A stretch of 63,499 nt of DNA, filler included, from a candidate division WOR-3 bacterium (GTDB lineage: Bacteria > SDB-A): assembly GCA_016934535.1 (NCBI GenBank). It is 4 parts of 4 records of this genome, joined end to end, with 100 filler letters (N's around TTAATTAATTAA, not from the genome) between each part and the next. Parts side by side here need not be neighbours in the genome. Positions count along the whole stretch, not along the records: positions 19,304 to 38,616 come from JAFGSQ010000021.1; positions 38,717 to 52,577 come from JAFGSQ010000024.1; 2 more parts are not named here. One strand, given 5' to 3'. Below the pieces are notes generated by a model, which saw nothing but the letters and a program-made list of their open reading frames with translations, had not been told where the DNA came from and did no database searches. The translations under genes and the position numbers were made by a program. Position 1 is the first letter of the stretch. Each line of letters begins with the position of its first letter. This document shows positions 31,501 to 40,857 of the stretch, one piece after another.

Positions 31501-32024
31501 TTTTGAGCCTGGTATTTGGCTATCCCGGAAACCTCGGCGAACATGTCCCTGCGCACCTGAGAGTCGTCGTCGAGTATCCTTTTGATAGCGTCAATGGAAA
31601 ACAGCGAATAGCTCCTGCTCGTGATTCCTATGTTCCTCAGAGTGTCTATTATGTCGCGCAGAAGACATGGAGTCTGGTTTATGAAATATTCGCAGAATCC
31701 GTCTCTTTTTACCCTTCTTTTGAAAGTGATTTCGTGAAAACCGAGCGGTGAAGGCGTTTCCCCTTTTGCCTCGAAAGTGAGGTCTATCTCTGAAAAAGCC
31801 AGCGGCGGCCTTTCCACCGTACCGTTGAAGATGACTTCTTCCATCTTGACGGCTCTTATAAGCCTGCTGTTTTGTTCTCCCAGCGCCCATCTGACGGCTT
31901 CGATAAGATTGGATTTGCCGCAGCCGTTAGGCCCGACAATGCCTGTTATGCCGTCGTCGAAATCTATAGACACTCTGTCAGCGAAAGATTTGAATCCGAA
32001 AATATCAATCCGTTTAAGTCTCAT
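28482..32024 (-). CDS. smc: Chromosome segregation protein SMC
   Basis: FGFKSFAD, GPNGCGKSN, long coiled coils with hinge, LDEVDAPLD; smc-ftsY synteny. Confidence 0.96.
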   Translation of the reverse strand: MRLKRIDIFGFKSFADRVSIDFDDGITGIVGPNGCGKSNLIEAVRWALGEQNSRLIRAVKMEEVIFNGTVERPPLAFSEIDLTFEAKGETPSPLGFHEITFKRRVKRDGFCEYFINQTPCLLRDIIDTLRNIGITSRSYSLFSIDAIKRILDDDSQVRRDMFAEVSGIAKYQAQKSVTMSRLKDTEADILRLQDKIDEVNTNLTMLKKDLKKANHYKNLKNQFESKLLLFSRRKRDEIRKSEIEIAEAINKSVIKRSQIEENARLLGEEADSLWSAEEKTVKELSVRKEKFDMDLSVYSQMNAELLGKKQELKYLTGKIEEHEKELTSMEELVPALNETAREMERKFDELSADEETKKNEKTQILSSLEKEKSLIEKLKNNLGNESEKRDEAVREDNFLQKEISALSEKKTLKTGLIRKLGEAKENRKIEKEEAEEKYGACEESISRLDSEQSNLEVSMSHLQEKSSVLNSERESLSSLSSSHQNDLASCESELSLLSEQQKDLEGYDEATKYLLKNCGLSTLNDSLEVEKGYEIAVEIALGSALGAVIVEQDQLKTRVEELERESMGKGWFLVKKTGLEVFSEKTPDGLDPLSSHVKADDPSVKDFAERLLTGWFVVSGGDVVETAGKHPSLNAVSLDGHSVRRGVLYSMGSQKPKIIGRKERIEELTKIKENLKNRIGETEERREINRRELDETIKNLGEKADVLKMAVGKKATLHTEIKNLNYKLSVIEKTDEEESKEEKSLNEELGEIEESLREKNRRQAKLLVELENIAAQIESVRSELQETEKKIEPSLALLSEIESETARLGERKKALAEKIGEKRAEALGAAVRIEELEKILTEEKETAKEEESRVLSIEEKSREKSAAIENSKKEIETLQASIETTRQNIRNTEEKNRELEKTKTELMDIAQTYNVKMADLKGELNSITGELEAVFGFGPEKLDEVEPSEDEITKDDIFRIKSRLMSMGSVNENAEEEYAEILERFNFLGAQKDDLENTKKGLKDTINSIDKIAREKFLETFEAVRANFKNIFSVLFNSKEESGADFLADLQLETEKDPLESDIKVLAVPPGKKLSTTRLLSTGEQSFTALSLLYALHQMRLSPLVVLDEVDAPLDDSNVEIFIRFLKTIALESQVVLVTHNRRTMEFCQGLYGITMEEKGVSSVVSVNLEKIDEFLGEDN

Positions 32025-32069
32025 TTTATGCTGAATCCTCCGTCAATTTCACCGGCCCGAAACGAACTC

Positions 32070-34091
32070 TCATCTGATGTTCGAACCCTGCGCGACGTCT
32101 TTGTCGAGAGTGAGAAGCGACACGGTCTTTCCGTCGTCGGCGGCGAGTATCATGCCGTTTGATTCAACGCCTCTTATTTTCGCCGGTTCGAGATTTGAAA
32201 CGACTATGACTTTTTTACCCAAAATATCTTCTTCCGGGTAATAAGGCACCATTCCCGCGACTATCTGTCTTTCCTCGTCGCCGAGATCGACAGTCAGTTT
32301 GTAAAGTTTGTCGGATTTCTCGACTCTCTGAACAGATTTGACGAGACCGACTTTAAGACCGATTTTCAAAAGGTCTGAAATGCTCGCTTTTTCCTTTTCC
32401 TGCGCCTTTTCTTCGGTCATCTTTCTCTCCTTGCCAAGCATTTTTCTCTGGTTATCAATTTTTTCGTCGTCAATTTTTCCGAAAAGTATTTCCAGGTTTC
32501 CAAGCTCGTGCCCCTCCGGTATTCTGAAATCGCCCGATTCGTCCCAAGGGCGTTTTTCGAGTCTAAGCATTTTAAAAATCTTCTGCGAAGTGAAAGGCAA
32601 GACAGGTTCGATTACAGAGGCAAGCGTGTCAATAATTGCCGCACAAAGGGCAATCACATACCGGCACTTTTCCGGGTCGCTCTTTACGAGAGACCAGGGT
32701 TCGTTCGACTGAAACACCTTGTTTCCCGTCCGGGCGAGTTTCATGAACTCGTTCACGGCCTTTTTCACCTGAAAACTTTCATAGAGAGCACCTATTCTTT
32801 GCGGCGCGGTTCTTATCTCTTGTGTGAGCTCCTTTTCGAAAGACGATTCGTCGAGACCGGGTATTTTTCCTGCGTAGTATTTATTGACGAAAGTTAAAGT
32901 TCTGTTGACGAAATTGCCCAAAACGTCAGCAAGCTCGTCGTTTACTCTGCGCTGGAATTCTGACCAGGTAAAATCCACGTCGGAATTTTCTGGCGCGGTG
33001 GCCGCCAAAACGTATCTGAGTGCGTCCGGAGGGAATGCTTCTACCGCCTGGTCAACCCACACGGCCCAATTCCTGCTCGTTGAGACTTTTTCTCCCTCGA
33101 TGTTGAGAAATTCGTTGGCGGGTATCTGGTCGGGCAAAATGTAATCGCCGTGAGCCATTATCATTCCCGGCCAGACCATCGCGTGGAAAACTATGTTGTC
33201 TTTTCCTATGAAATGGACTAGTCTGGTGTCTTTATCAAGCCAGTATTTCTCCCAAAGTCCGGGGTCTTTCCTGATGTCCTTCGCCCATTCGATCGTTGAG
33301 GATATGTAGCCGATGGGTGCATCGAACCAGACGTAGAGGACTTTTCCTTCCGATCCTTCGAGCGGAACGGGAACCCCCCAGTCAATGTCTCTTGTTATGG
33401 CTCTCGGAATAAGCCCTTCGTCAAACCAGGTCTTGCAGAATTTAGTCACGTTGTCTTTCCATTCCGGGTGATCTGAATGCCAGTCCTTAAGTTTCCCGGT
33501 CAAGGCGTCGAGTCTGAGAAACCAGTGGGTCGTCTTCCTGAAAGCCGGTTCGGAAGAGCATATTTTGCACCTGGGGTTTTTAAGCATCGAGGGTTCGAGC
33601 CATCTTCCGCAGGCTTCACACTGATCGCCTCTGGCGCCTTTCGAGGAGCAGAAAGGGCATTCTCCCTCGACGAATCTGTCGGGCAGAAATCTGCCGCACT
33701 TTTCGCAATAAAGCTGGGTGATTTCTTTCTCCTCCAAAAATCCGTTTTCGAGAAGTTTCAGAAAAAATTTCTGGGTCCTCTCGTAATGAAGTTTTTTTGT
33801 CGTTCTCGAAAAATTTTCGTATTCTATTCCCACGTCGTTCAGAGCCTTTTTAATCATTTCGTGGTAACCATCGACAAGTTTTTTCGGAGTCGTCTTTTCC
33901 TGTTCGGCCTTCAAAGTTATCTGAACGCCGTGTTCGTCCGTTCCGCATATATGAATGACGTCTTCACCTTTTGATCTCAAATATCTGACGAATATGTCAG
34001 CCGGCAGATAACATCCGGCCAAATGACCTATGTGAAGCGGTCCGTTCGCGTATGGTAAAGCGCTGGTCACAAGTGTTCTTTTGTGCTTCAT
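32070..34091 (-). CDS. metG: Methionyl-tRNA synthetase with C-terminal tRNA-binding domain
   Basis: SALPYANGPLHIGH, zinc knuckles, YVWFDAPIGY, KVSTS; ATG at 34091 preferred (RBS GGAGAG). Confidence 0.97.
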   Translation of the reverse strand: MKHKRTLVTSALPYANGPLHIGHLAGCYLPADIFVRYLRSKGEDVIHICGTDEHGVQITLKAEQEKTTPKKLVDGYHEMIKKALNDVGIEYENFSRTTKKLHYERTQKFFLKLLENGFLEEKEITQLYCEKCGRFLPDRFVEGECPFCSSKGARGDQCEACGRWLEPSMLKNPRCKICSSEPAFRKTTHWFLRLDALTGKLKDWHSDHPEWKDNVTKFCKTWFDEGLIPRAITRDIDWGVPVPLEGSEGKVLYVWFDAPIGYISSTIEWAKDIRKDPGLWEKYWLDKDTRLVHFIGKDNIVFHAMVWPGMIMAHGDYILPDQIPANEFLNIEGEKVSTSRNWAVWVDQAVEAFPPDALRYVLAATAPENSDVDFTWSEFQRRVNDELADVLGNFVNRTLTFVNKYYAGKIPGLDESSFEKELTQEIRTAPQRIGALYESFQVKKAVNEFMKLARTGNKVFQSNEPWSLVKSDPEKCRYVIALCAAIIDTLASVIEPVLPFTSQKIFKMLRLEKRPWDESGDFRIPEGHELGNLEILFGKIDDEKIDNQRKMLGKERKMTEEKAQEKEKASISDLLKIGLKVGLVKSVQRVEKSDKLYKLTVDLGDEERQIVAGMVPYYPEEDILGKKVIVVSNLEPAKIRGVESNGMILAADDGKTVSLLTLDKDVAQGSNIR

Positions 34092-34108
34092 CACTCTCTC
34101 CAAATCCG

Positions 34109-34912
34109 TTATTCGTTAAAGGGGGGATTTTTCATGTTTAGTTCGCAGAGTTTGAGTGTCTTCATCACTCCAGTGGCCGTTTTAACAGTCACGCAATTCT
34201 GATATATGTGTGTGCTGACGATTTCGACTTCGTCGCCGTCGGCAGTCTTGACCTTGGAACCTATTTCAGGATAATACTGGGATGCCTCTTTGTACATTTC
34301 CCACTCGTACATAAGACAGCACATGAGCCTTCCGCACAATCCGGAAAGTTTTTGCGTGTTGAGGTTAAGGTTCTGTTCTCTGGCTATCTGAAGTGTTATC
34401 GGCTTGAACTCTTTCAAAAACATCGAACAGCATGTTTCTCTGCCGCACGCGCCTATGCCTCCGAGTCTCGTCGCGTAATCCCTGACGCCAATCTGCCTGA
34501 GATCCACTCTGCAGTGTAGATGCTTGGCGAGGTCTCTGACCAGCTCTCTGAAATCTATCCGCTCCTCGGAAACAAAAAAGAGCCTGATCTTGGACTCCTC
34601 GCTGTCGTATTCGACGTCTACAATTTTCATCGGAAGGCTGAAATGTTCAACCCTCTGTTTTGCAAACTGAAGCGATGTGATCTCTCTCTCGCGGATTTCC
34701 TGCCATCTGATCTTGTCCATTGTAGAGGCGTATCTGACAATTCTTCCTTTGGGTTCAAGTCTGTTCAGATGTTTTCCCACGTCGGTTATCCTGCCTACTT
34801 CTTCTCCTATCCGTCTGATGGCTACAACAAAATCGCCCTCTTCCGGCGGCACGAGGAGGTCGCAGTCACAGACGGCTTTACCGTGTCCTTCGAAATCAAC
34901 TTTTATGTTCAT
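34109..34912 (-). CDS. ricT: PSP1-domain protein RicT/YaaT
   Basis: RIDFRELVRDLA, LRQIGVRD, GACGRETCC, SGLCGRLMCCL.YE; holB-ricT-metG synteny. Confidence 0.93.
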   Translation of the reverse strand: MNIKVDFEGHGKAVCDCDLLVPPEEGDFVVAIRRIGEEVGRITDVGKHLNRLEPKGRIVRYASTMDKIRWQEIREREITSLQFAKQRVEHFSLPMKIVDVEYDSEESKIRLFFVSEERIDFRELVRDLAKHLHCRVDLRQIGVRDYATRLGGIGACGRETCCSMFLKEFKPITLQIAREQNLNLNTQKLSGLCGRLMCCLMYEWEMYKEASQYYPEIGSKVKTADGDEVEIVSTHIYQNCVTVKTATGVMKTLKLCELNMKNPPFNE

Positions 34913-35910
34913 AATGTCTTTTCAATCAGATAATCTCTTATCAAACCGCTTTCAATGTTGAGGTTGAGGGCTCTTTCCGCCTCGAGGCAGGCTTCTTCGC
35001 ACCTGAAAAAATGCCTGACGTCTCTGTTCCGGATGAATTTCAGAATTCTATCAGCAAAATCGGGATTTCTCAAATTATTTGACATGCCGTTTGAAGCAAA
35101 AACGAAATCGGCGCAGAGACTGTGAAGGGATTCTATTACGGTAAAAATCAGTTCCCTTTCAGACATTCTCGACGGCCATGACGAATATATCTTTTTCTTG
35201 TCTGCCGACAGAAAAGCGGAAATGAAATTCTTTCTCGTCTCGTTTTTGTCTTCGTCGAAAGCGAGCTCGATGGCCTTTGTAAGACTGCCGTCTGAAAGTT
35301 GCGCCGCTTTTTCGGCATCGTTCTTATTCAAACCGGTCTTCTCGGAAATGACCATAGATATAACTTTTTTATCAAGAGGTCTGAATCTTAAAAGAACCGC
35401 TCTGGATACGACAGTCGGCAAGAGCGAGGAAAGATGAGAAGTTGTCATTATGACGGCTGTGTCCTGGGGAGGTTCTTCCAGCGTCTTCAAAAAAGCGTTA
35501 GCCGCCTCGACTCTCATTCTGTGTGCGTCAACAACTATCACGAATCTCTTTTTCGCCGAATAAGGCCTGTAAAGCAGTTTTTCCTGAACCCTTCTTATCT
35601 GGCATATTCTTATAGAAAAATTAGGAGATTCGGAAATCCTCCACACACGGTTTTTCAGCGATTCGTTCTGTTGTTCTTCGATTTCGTCGGGATCGGAACT
35701 GTCCGTGGGAGCGACAAATATCAGATCGGGATGAACGAGAGAACGGAAAGTTTTGTCGTTTGCATGATCGGCGAATTCGAAAGCGGCACTGGTCTTGCCC
35801 ACACCCCTGGGACCGTAGAAAATAAAAAGGGACGGTATCCTGTTTTCAGCTCTCGTCCTCTCGAGGTAGCCGAGAGCTTCTTCCTGACCTTTCACTGAAA
35901 AAGCGATCAT
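34909..35910 (-). CDS. holB: DNA polymerase III delta' subunit
   Basis: Real start MIAFSVKGQ at 35910; GPRGVGK, HPDL, AANAFLKTLEEPP, LLPTVVSR. Confidence 0.92.
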   Translation of the reverse strand: MIAFSVKGQEEALGYLERTRAENRIPSLFIFYGPRGVGKTSAAFEFADHANDKTFRSLVHPDLIFVAPTDSSDPDEIEEQQNESLKNRVWRISESPNFSIRICQIRRVQEKLLYRPYSAKKRFVIVVDAHRMRVEAANAFLKTLEEPPQDTAVIMTTSHLSSLLPTVVSRAVLLRFRPLDKKVISMVISEKTGLNKNDAEKAAQLSDGSLTKAIELAFDEDKNETRKNFISAFLSADKKKIYSSWPSRMSERELIFTVIESLHSLCADFVFASNGMSNNLRNPDFADRILKFIRNRDVRHFFRCEEACLEAERALNLNIESGLIRDYLIEKTL

Positions 35911-37097
35911 TTGCCCCCGGATAGATATTCGAGGGGATTGACGAGTCGTCCGCCTATCCTGATCTGGAACTGAGTCTTGGGATCTCCTCCGACATTCTCG
36001 GCCACGCTTCCGAGAGTGTTGCCCGCTCTTACAACCTGTCCAACTACGACGTTGAGGGGCGAGGAAAGAGAGCCGTAATAAGTGCTGTACCCGTCTCCGT
36101 GATGAACGATGACGACGCTGTTCTTGAGCCCGAACCTCTGGGCGTAAAACACAGTGCCGTCGGCGACGCATCTGACTTCAGTACCGACTGGCGCGAATAT
36201 GTCGAGACTACCCGACTCGCCGCTGCCGTGAGAGAGAGAGCTTCCTCCGTCAACCGGCCAAGGTATAGATCCCTTGTTCTTTTCTATAATGTTTTCAGGA
36301 TTTACCTCCGCCTGCTGAGTCTGATCGGTTCTCACGGAAGTGTAATTCGGAATCTGGGAAGTCACGGCGGTGACAGGATTGAATGAGGTACCTCCTATTG
36401 AAGCGCTGACGTTCCTCGATCTTTCCTGCGCCTGGACCTGTCTGTCAATTTCACTTGCGGCCTGGCTGAGTTCGTCTTTCAGTATCTGCTGTGCCTCTAT
36501 CGAAGAATCGAGTCTCACTGCCAAAGCTGTCATGTCGAGAGAATCTATCTCTATCTGTTCCCCGATTATCTCTATCTGGTGCTGAAAATAATTGAGTCTT
36601 TCTATCATCGCGTTCATCGAATCCACTCTCGCCTGCAGCTGAGATTTGGAAATTCTCATTGACCTGACTATACGCGCCATCTCTTCAGCCGTCCTCGTGA
36701 GATATTCCATTCTTCCGACAAAATCCGAAAAACTCTCCTCGGAAAGAAAAACTTCGAGAGCCGAGGGGTTCCCTCTCTTGTAAAGCTGTCTTATCTTCTG
36801 AGCGAGCATTTCGTCGTAAATCTGTGTTTTCGAGGATATCCTTTCGTACGTCCGGGAAAGTCTGAGAGAATCTCTCAATATCACTTCTCTCCTCGACAAC
36901 AGGGAATCTTTGAGGGCTCTGGCCAATTGTCTGTGTTCTACGAGCAGTTCAAGGCGTGCCACTAGGTCTTTGGCCTGATCGCTCATTGAAGTAGTCGTCT
37001 GTTCAATTTCGGCCATTTTCTGCCTCATCGTAGTGAGGAACACTTCGTCGGAAACCTGTCCGGCGGCGAGCAAAGCTATTATAAATAAAACTTTCAT
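35907..37097 (-). CDS. EnvC-like coiled-coil protein with a degenerate M23/LytM domain
   Basis: Signal peptide, coiled coil, KGSIPWPV.G; the Zn-ligand motifs are degenerate (GSLDI, YYGSL, TQFQIR), as in amidase activators. Confidence 0.82.
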   Translation of the reverse strand: MKVLFIIALLAAGQVSDEVFLTTMRQKMAEIEQTTTSMSDQAKDLVARLELLVEHRQLARALKDSLLSRREVILRDSLRLSRTYERISSKTQIYDEMLAQKIRQLYKRGNPSALEVFLSEESFSDFVGRMEYLTRTAEEMARIVRSMRISKSQLQARVDSMNAMIERLNYFQHQIEIIGEQIEIDSLDMTALAVRLDSSIEAQQILKDELSQAASEIDRQVQAQERSRNVSASIGGTSFNPVTAVTSQIPNYTSVRTDQTQQAEVNPENIIEKNKGSIPWPVDGGSSLSHGSGESGSLDIFAPVGTEVRCVADGTVFYAQRFGLKNSVVIVHHGDGYSTYYGSLSSPLNVVVGQVVRAGNTLGSVAENVGGDPKTQFQIRIGGRLVNPLEYLSGGK

Positions 37098-37227
37098 GAA
37101 TATTCTCCTTCGGACGCGTGTCCTTCGGACTCTTGCATCCTTCGGAGAACATTATATTGTCTTTTGATTAAAAATAAAGCTTTTATAAACATTTCCTGAT
37201 TTTTCTGTAATTTTGGGAAAACCGGTT

Positions 37228-38487
37228 TTACTTGATATGAAAAACGAAGACGGCGAGAAGATAATATACAATAAAAAATGCCGTGAGCGTCACTGTCGGT
37301 CCCAGAAGGTATTTGTAAGTGTCCTTCCATGACGAACAGAAATATTCTTTCGAAAGAAGGAGACAGGCGTGAAAAGGCGAAAGCATCATTCCGGCGTATC
37401 CGAAGCCGAACGAAAGGATGAGAACAGCCGTTTTTGAATACTGCGGAAAATCGCCTAACATGTCTATTATGAGAGGGAAACTCGCTCCTATAAATCCTAT
37501 CGCTATTCCCGTAATCATACCCGCAATAAACGGCAGAAAAGCAAAAACGGCTAGTACGGGGAAATTAAGAGTTTGAATGTCTATGGCTATGTTCTGAGCT
37601 ATTCCCGCTTCCTCAATGACTTTCTTGTAACCCATTATTGTAATTATCATCACGGCGAGAGGAATGAGTCTGCTCAAACTGACAGCTTTTCCGGCGCTCA
37701 TACCTTTTTTCCAGCTCTTCAAACAGACGAGAATGCCAACCAGAACTGCGGGAATTATAGTCAGTTCAGTCTGAATCTCGATTCCCAGAACGGAAAGGAC
37801 GATTTTGTATAAGATGGTGAAAACAATGACGGATAAAAGCGGCGCAAAACCCGCAAAAGCTCCTTTTGGCACCCTGAAAGGTTTTTTTTCCAATTTCGTC
37901 GTTTTAACAATCCTGTAAAGGAAAATCCAACCGAATAGAATTGCTGCAGCAGAAAAAATGAACGTGTGAGCCATCCACTTCACCATTCCGTATCCGGTCA
38001 CAGCGAGCAGGGTGATAACGGCGGGATAAAGCGGCCACCAGAACTCCCAGACGTGCCTGAACCAGTAATTGAGAGCCGTTAAAAGTCCCGGAGAATTTTT
38101 ACCGTCAATACTCGAATTGACGAGAGGCGCGCTGAAGAGCGCTCCGCCGGGCATCGGAAGAAGGCCTATGAGAGAAGCCATGAAAACTCCAGCCGCTCTG
38201 CCTGACGAAAACATACTGACCGAAGCTTTTTTGCAATTTTCGAGAGTTCCGGTCACTTCCATTACACCGCTGAATACGCTTATCAAAGTGACGAGAAGGG
38301 CGAGAAAAATGGAGTTTTGAGATACGGAACCCCAGACGAACGATTTCAACGTGCCCAGAAATCCGTGCCCAAACAGAAATCCGCTGATAAGCGCGCCCGA
38401 GAAAATAGCCAGGGCTATCCATTTTTTTGCAAATTTCGACGCAGCGAAAATGACGCAGAAGACGATTGCTATTTTTATGAGGGACAT
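37228..38487 (-). CDS. DUF401 family membrane protein
   Basis: IGLLPMPGGALFSAP, NYWFRHVWEFWWPLYP, SPFHACL.LS.EYF. Confidence 0.85.
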   Translation of the reverse strand: MSLIKIAIVFCVIFAASKFAKKWIALAIFSGALISGFLFGHGFLGTLKSFVWGSVSQNSIFLALLVTLISVFSGVMEVTGTLENCKKASVSMFSSGRAAGVFMASLIGLLPMPGGALFSAPLVNSSIDGKNSPGLLTALNYWFRHVWEFWWPLYPAVITLLAVTGYGMVKWMAHTFIFSAAAILFGWIFLYRIVKTTKLEKKPFRVPKGAFAGFAPLLSVIVFTILYKIVLSVLGIEIQTELTIIPAVLVGILVCLKSWKKGMSAGKAVSLSRLIPLAVMIITIMGYKKVIEEAGIAQNIAIDIQTLNFPVLAVFAFLPFIAGMITGIAIGFIGASFPLIIDMLGDFPQYSKTAVLILSFGFGYAGMMLSPFHACLLLSKEYFCSSWKDTYKYLLGPTVTLTAFFIVYYLLAVFVFHIK

Positions 38488-38526
38488 ATTCAGAGGAAAT
38501 TATCAGATAAAACTTAAAAAATCAAA

Positions 38527-38616
38527 CTATTCGGTGTAGCCGGGGCTGATCACGATGATGGTGTCTGCACTGCCGTTTTTACCCGCTCCGACAATAGTGT
38601 AGGTGTTTGGAGAAAA
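38527..38616 (-). CDS. C-terminal 29 aa of a gene cut by the gap (unknown product)
   Basis: Open frame FSPNTYTIVGAGKNGSADTIIVISPGYTE* from the contig edge. Confidence 0.4.
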   Translation of the reverse strand, partial: FSPNTYTIVGAGKNGSADTIIVISPGYTE

Positions 38617-38716
38617 NNNNNNNNNNNNNNNNNNNNNNNNNNNNNNNNNNNNNNNNNNNNTTAATTAATTAANNNNNNNNNNNNNNNNNNNNNNNNNNNN
38701 NNNNNNNNNNNNNNNN
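38617..38716. other. Artificial contig spacer
   Basis: N run containing TTAATTAATTAA. Confidence 0.99.
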
Positions 38717-38718
38717 AT

Positions 38719-40818
38719 AGCATAGATGATGAGCTGGCCGACAGAATTCTCATTAAAGCCGGAGGAAACCCTTTCTTTATTGAAGAAATGGCCAGGCATA
38801 TTATTGAACAGAAAAACATCGAGGGGAAGTTTTCTACAAGTCAAAACAGTGTGAGAACAGAATTTCTTCCTGATTCTGTTATATCACTGATTTACTCGAG
38901 AATTGACGCGCTTGAGTCAGTGCAGAAAAAAATCCTGAGAGCTTCCTCGGTAATCGGCCGCGACCTTAACGAGACTATTCTTGCTGAGGTCTCCGGTGAA
39001 GATTTACTCAGTGTAAAAAACGAACTTTCAGATCTTTCAGACATGCAGTACTTAATGAAACTCAACGGGGTTTACTCTTTTAAGCATCCGTTGATTCAAG
39101 AAGTTGCTTACAAGACAATAACAAAAAAAGAAAAAAAATGGTTTCACGAAAGGACTGCAATATTTATTGAAAAACTTGACGAAAGCGGACAGAAAAACTA
39201 TCACGAAAACCTTGCCCTGCATTATTTTAAAAGCGAAAACTGGGATAAATCCTTTGAACATTCAATTTTATCCGCCGAAAGCGATATCTCTAAATTTCAG
39301 AACGAAGCAGCTTTAAAGTTCTGCGAGCTTGCTGAAATCTGTGCAAATCGCCTGAATGACAAAAACAAGTTAATACGAACTCTTTTAATCAAATCGAGAA
39401 TTCTCAGTTTCACAGGGAATAATAAAGAAGCGCTCAAGTGGGCAATAAAATGTCTTAAATTGACTGAAAAAAGTAAAATTCCCGCGACAACATCGGCATG
39501 CGAGTTGTTGCTTTCCGAGATATATTCAATTTTGGGAAATTATGAAAAAATGAACCGCTATACGACAAGAGCTTTAAAATTTTATAAAAAAAACGGCGAC
39601 CTCGACGGGCAAGCGAATTGCCACATATTGTCAGGAAGATTGTATTACATGAAAAGCGATTTCAGGAAAAGCCTGTCCAGGTATGTAAAAGCCTTGAATG
39701 CTTACAAAATCACAAAAAACACCCGCGGTATTTTCAGAGCTTACAATTTGATAGGACTTATATATTACGAGTTGTCGGATCTGAAGAATTCTCTTTCATA
39801 CCAGCTTAAAGCATCAAAAATTCTTAAAAAAACAGGAGATAGATTTGACAGGACAAGGGTGCTGACCAGTATCGCTTTCATCTATTATAAACTTCATAAA
39901 TATTCAAAAGCTCTCGATTTCTATGAACAGTCACTGAAAATCAAGAATGAAATCGGAGACAAACAGGGGCTGTCATTCAACCTCGCCCACATTGGCATAC
40001 TCTATATGTATAAAAACGACTACCGCGGGGCTCAAAAATATTTCGAGGAATCCCTGAAAATACTCCACAGCGTCGGAGATCTCAGGTCACAATCAAATGT
40101 AAAATTCTATCTTGGAATGATATTCCGCATTATCGGAGATATAAACAAAGCGAAAAAAACTTTGTCAGAAGCTTCGAACGTATCAAAGAAAATCGGCGAT
40201 TGCCAGTGCTATTCTGAATGTCTGTACTCGCTGGGTTTGATTGAATGGGACACAGGGAAATTCAATAACGCTGAAAAACTCTTCGCCGAAGCTTTAAAAA
40301 TCAACAAATTGGTCGGTGACATTTTTGAAAACGGGAGAATCCTGACGTCGTGGTCCCGTATGAAATTGGAAACCGGCGATATTTCTTCATCAAGAGAAAT
40401 ACTCCGAAAAGCACTGGTGTACATAAAAAAAGCTGATTTTTCTGAAAACAATTTCGTTTATCACAGCATTCAAGTGGGTTTAGCGCTTAAGAGCGGGAAT
40501 TATTTTTTAGTCAAAAGAAATCTGAAAAAAGCAGAAAGATACATGAAAATCCTCGGAACAGACCACTATCTTGCCGAATTTTCTCAGCTTTCCGCACAAG
40601 TCCTGGAATTTAACGGAGATAAGAGAAAAGCCGAGAAATCGTACATCAAGACATTTCAGTTATTCGATAAAATCGGCGAATCGCTGAATTGCGCAAAGTC
40701 TTATTACCTATACGGGCTGTTTTTAAAAAAACAGGGAGAGAACGATGAATATACAGATAAAGCGAAAAAAATCTTCAAGGATTTAAAGATTCCTTTCTGG
40801 ATAAAAGCTCTGAAATGA
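38719..40818 (+). CDS. STAND-like ATPase-associated TPR protein (adenylate-cyclase/ATPase/TPR type; 5' truncated)
   Basis: Frame open from the contig edge through AGGNPFFIEE; LPDSV..LI.SRID.L, ASVIGR, YSFKHPLIQEVAY; then many TPR repeats. Confidence 0.85.
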   Translation, partial: SIDDELADRILIKAGGNPFFIEEMARHIIEQKNIEGKFSTSQNSVRTEFLPDSVISLIYSRIDALESVQKKILRASSVIGRDLNETILAEVSGEDLLSVKNELSDLSDMQYLMKLNGVYSFKHPLIQEVAYKTITKKEKKWFHERTAIFIEKLDESGQKNYHENLALHYFKSENWDKSFEHSILSAESDISKFQNEAALKFCELAEICANRLNDKNKLIRTLLIKSRILSFTGNNKEALKWAIKCLKLTEKSKIPATTSACELLLSEIYSILGNYEKMNRYTTRALKFYKKNGDLDGQANCHILSGRLYYMKSDFRKSLSRYVKALNAYKITKNTRGIFRAYNLIGLIYYELSDLKNSLSYQLKASKILKKTGDRFDRTRVLTSIAFIYYKLHKYSKALDFYEQSLKIKNEIGDKQGLSFNLAHIGILYMYKNDYRGAQKYFEESLKILHSVGDLRSQSNVKFYLGMIFRIIGDINKAKKTLSEASNVSKKIGDCQCYSECLYSLGLIEWDTGKFNNAEKLFAEALKINKLVGDIFENGRILTSWSRMKLETGDISSSREILRKALVYIKKADFSENNFVYHSIQVGLALKSGNYFLVKRNLKKAERYMKILGTDHYLAEFSQLSAQVLEFNGDKRKAEKSYIKTFQLFDKIGESLNCAKSYYLYGLFLKKQGENDEYTDKAKKIFKDLKIPFWIKALK

Positions 40819-40857
40819 AATTTGGCCGCGCGGCCGAACCGGTAATGATCCGAGATC

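Noticed and set aside
34109-34912. ricT without ricA/ricF
   Set aside because: Stand-alone PSP1 genes in holB-ricT-metG order are widespread.
35911-36171. Arg-rich N-terminal extension of holB in the ORF track
   Set aside because: It is an alternate frame of the upstream M23-like gene; the real start at 35910 overlaps that gene's stop.
38719-40818. Avs/STAND anti-phage system
   Set aside because: The N-terminal effector lies beyond the gap; what remains matches the common cyclase/ATPase/TPR regulators, and there is no defence-island context.
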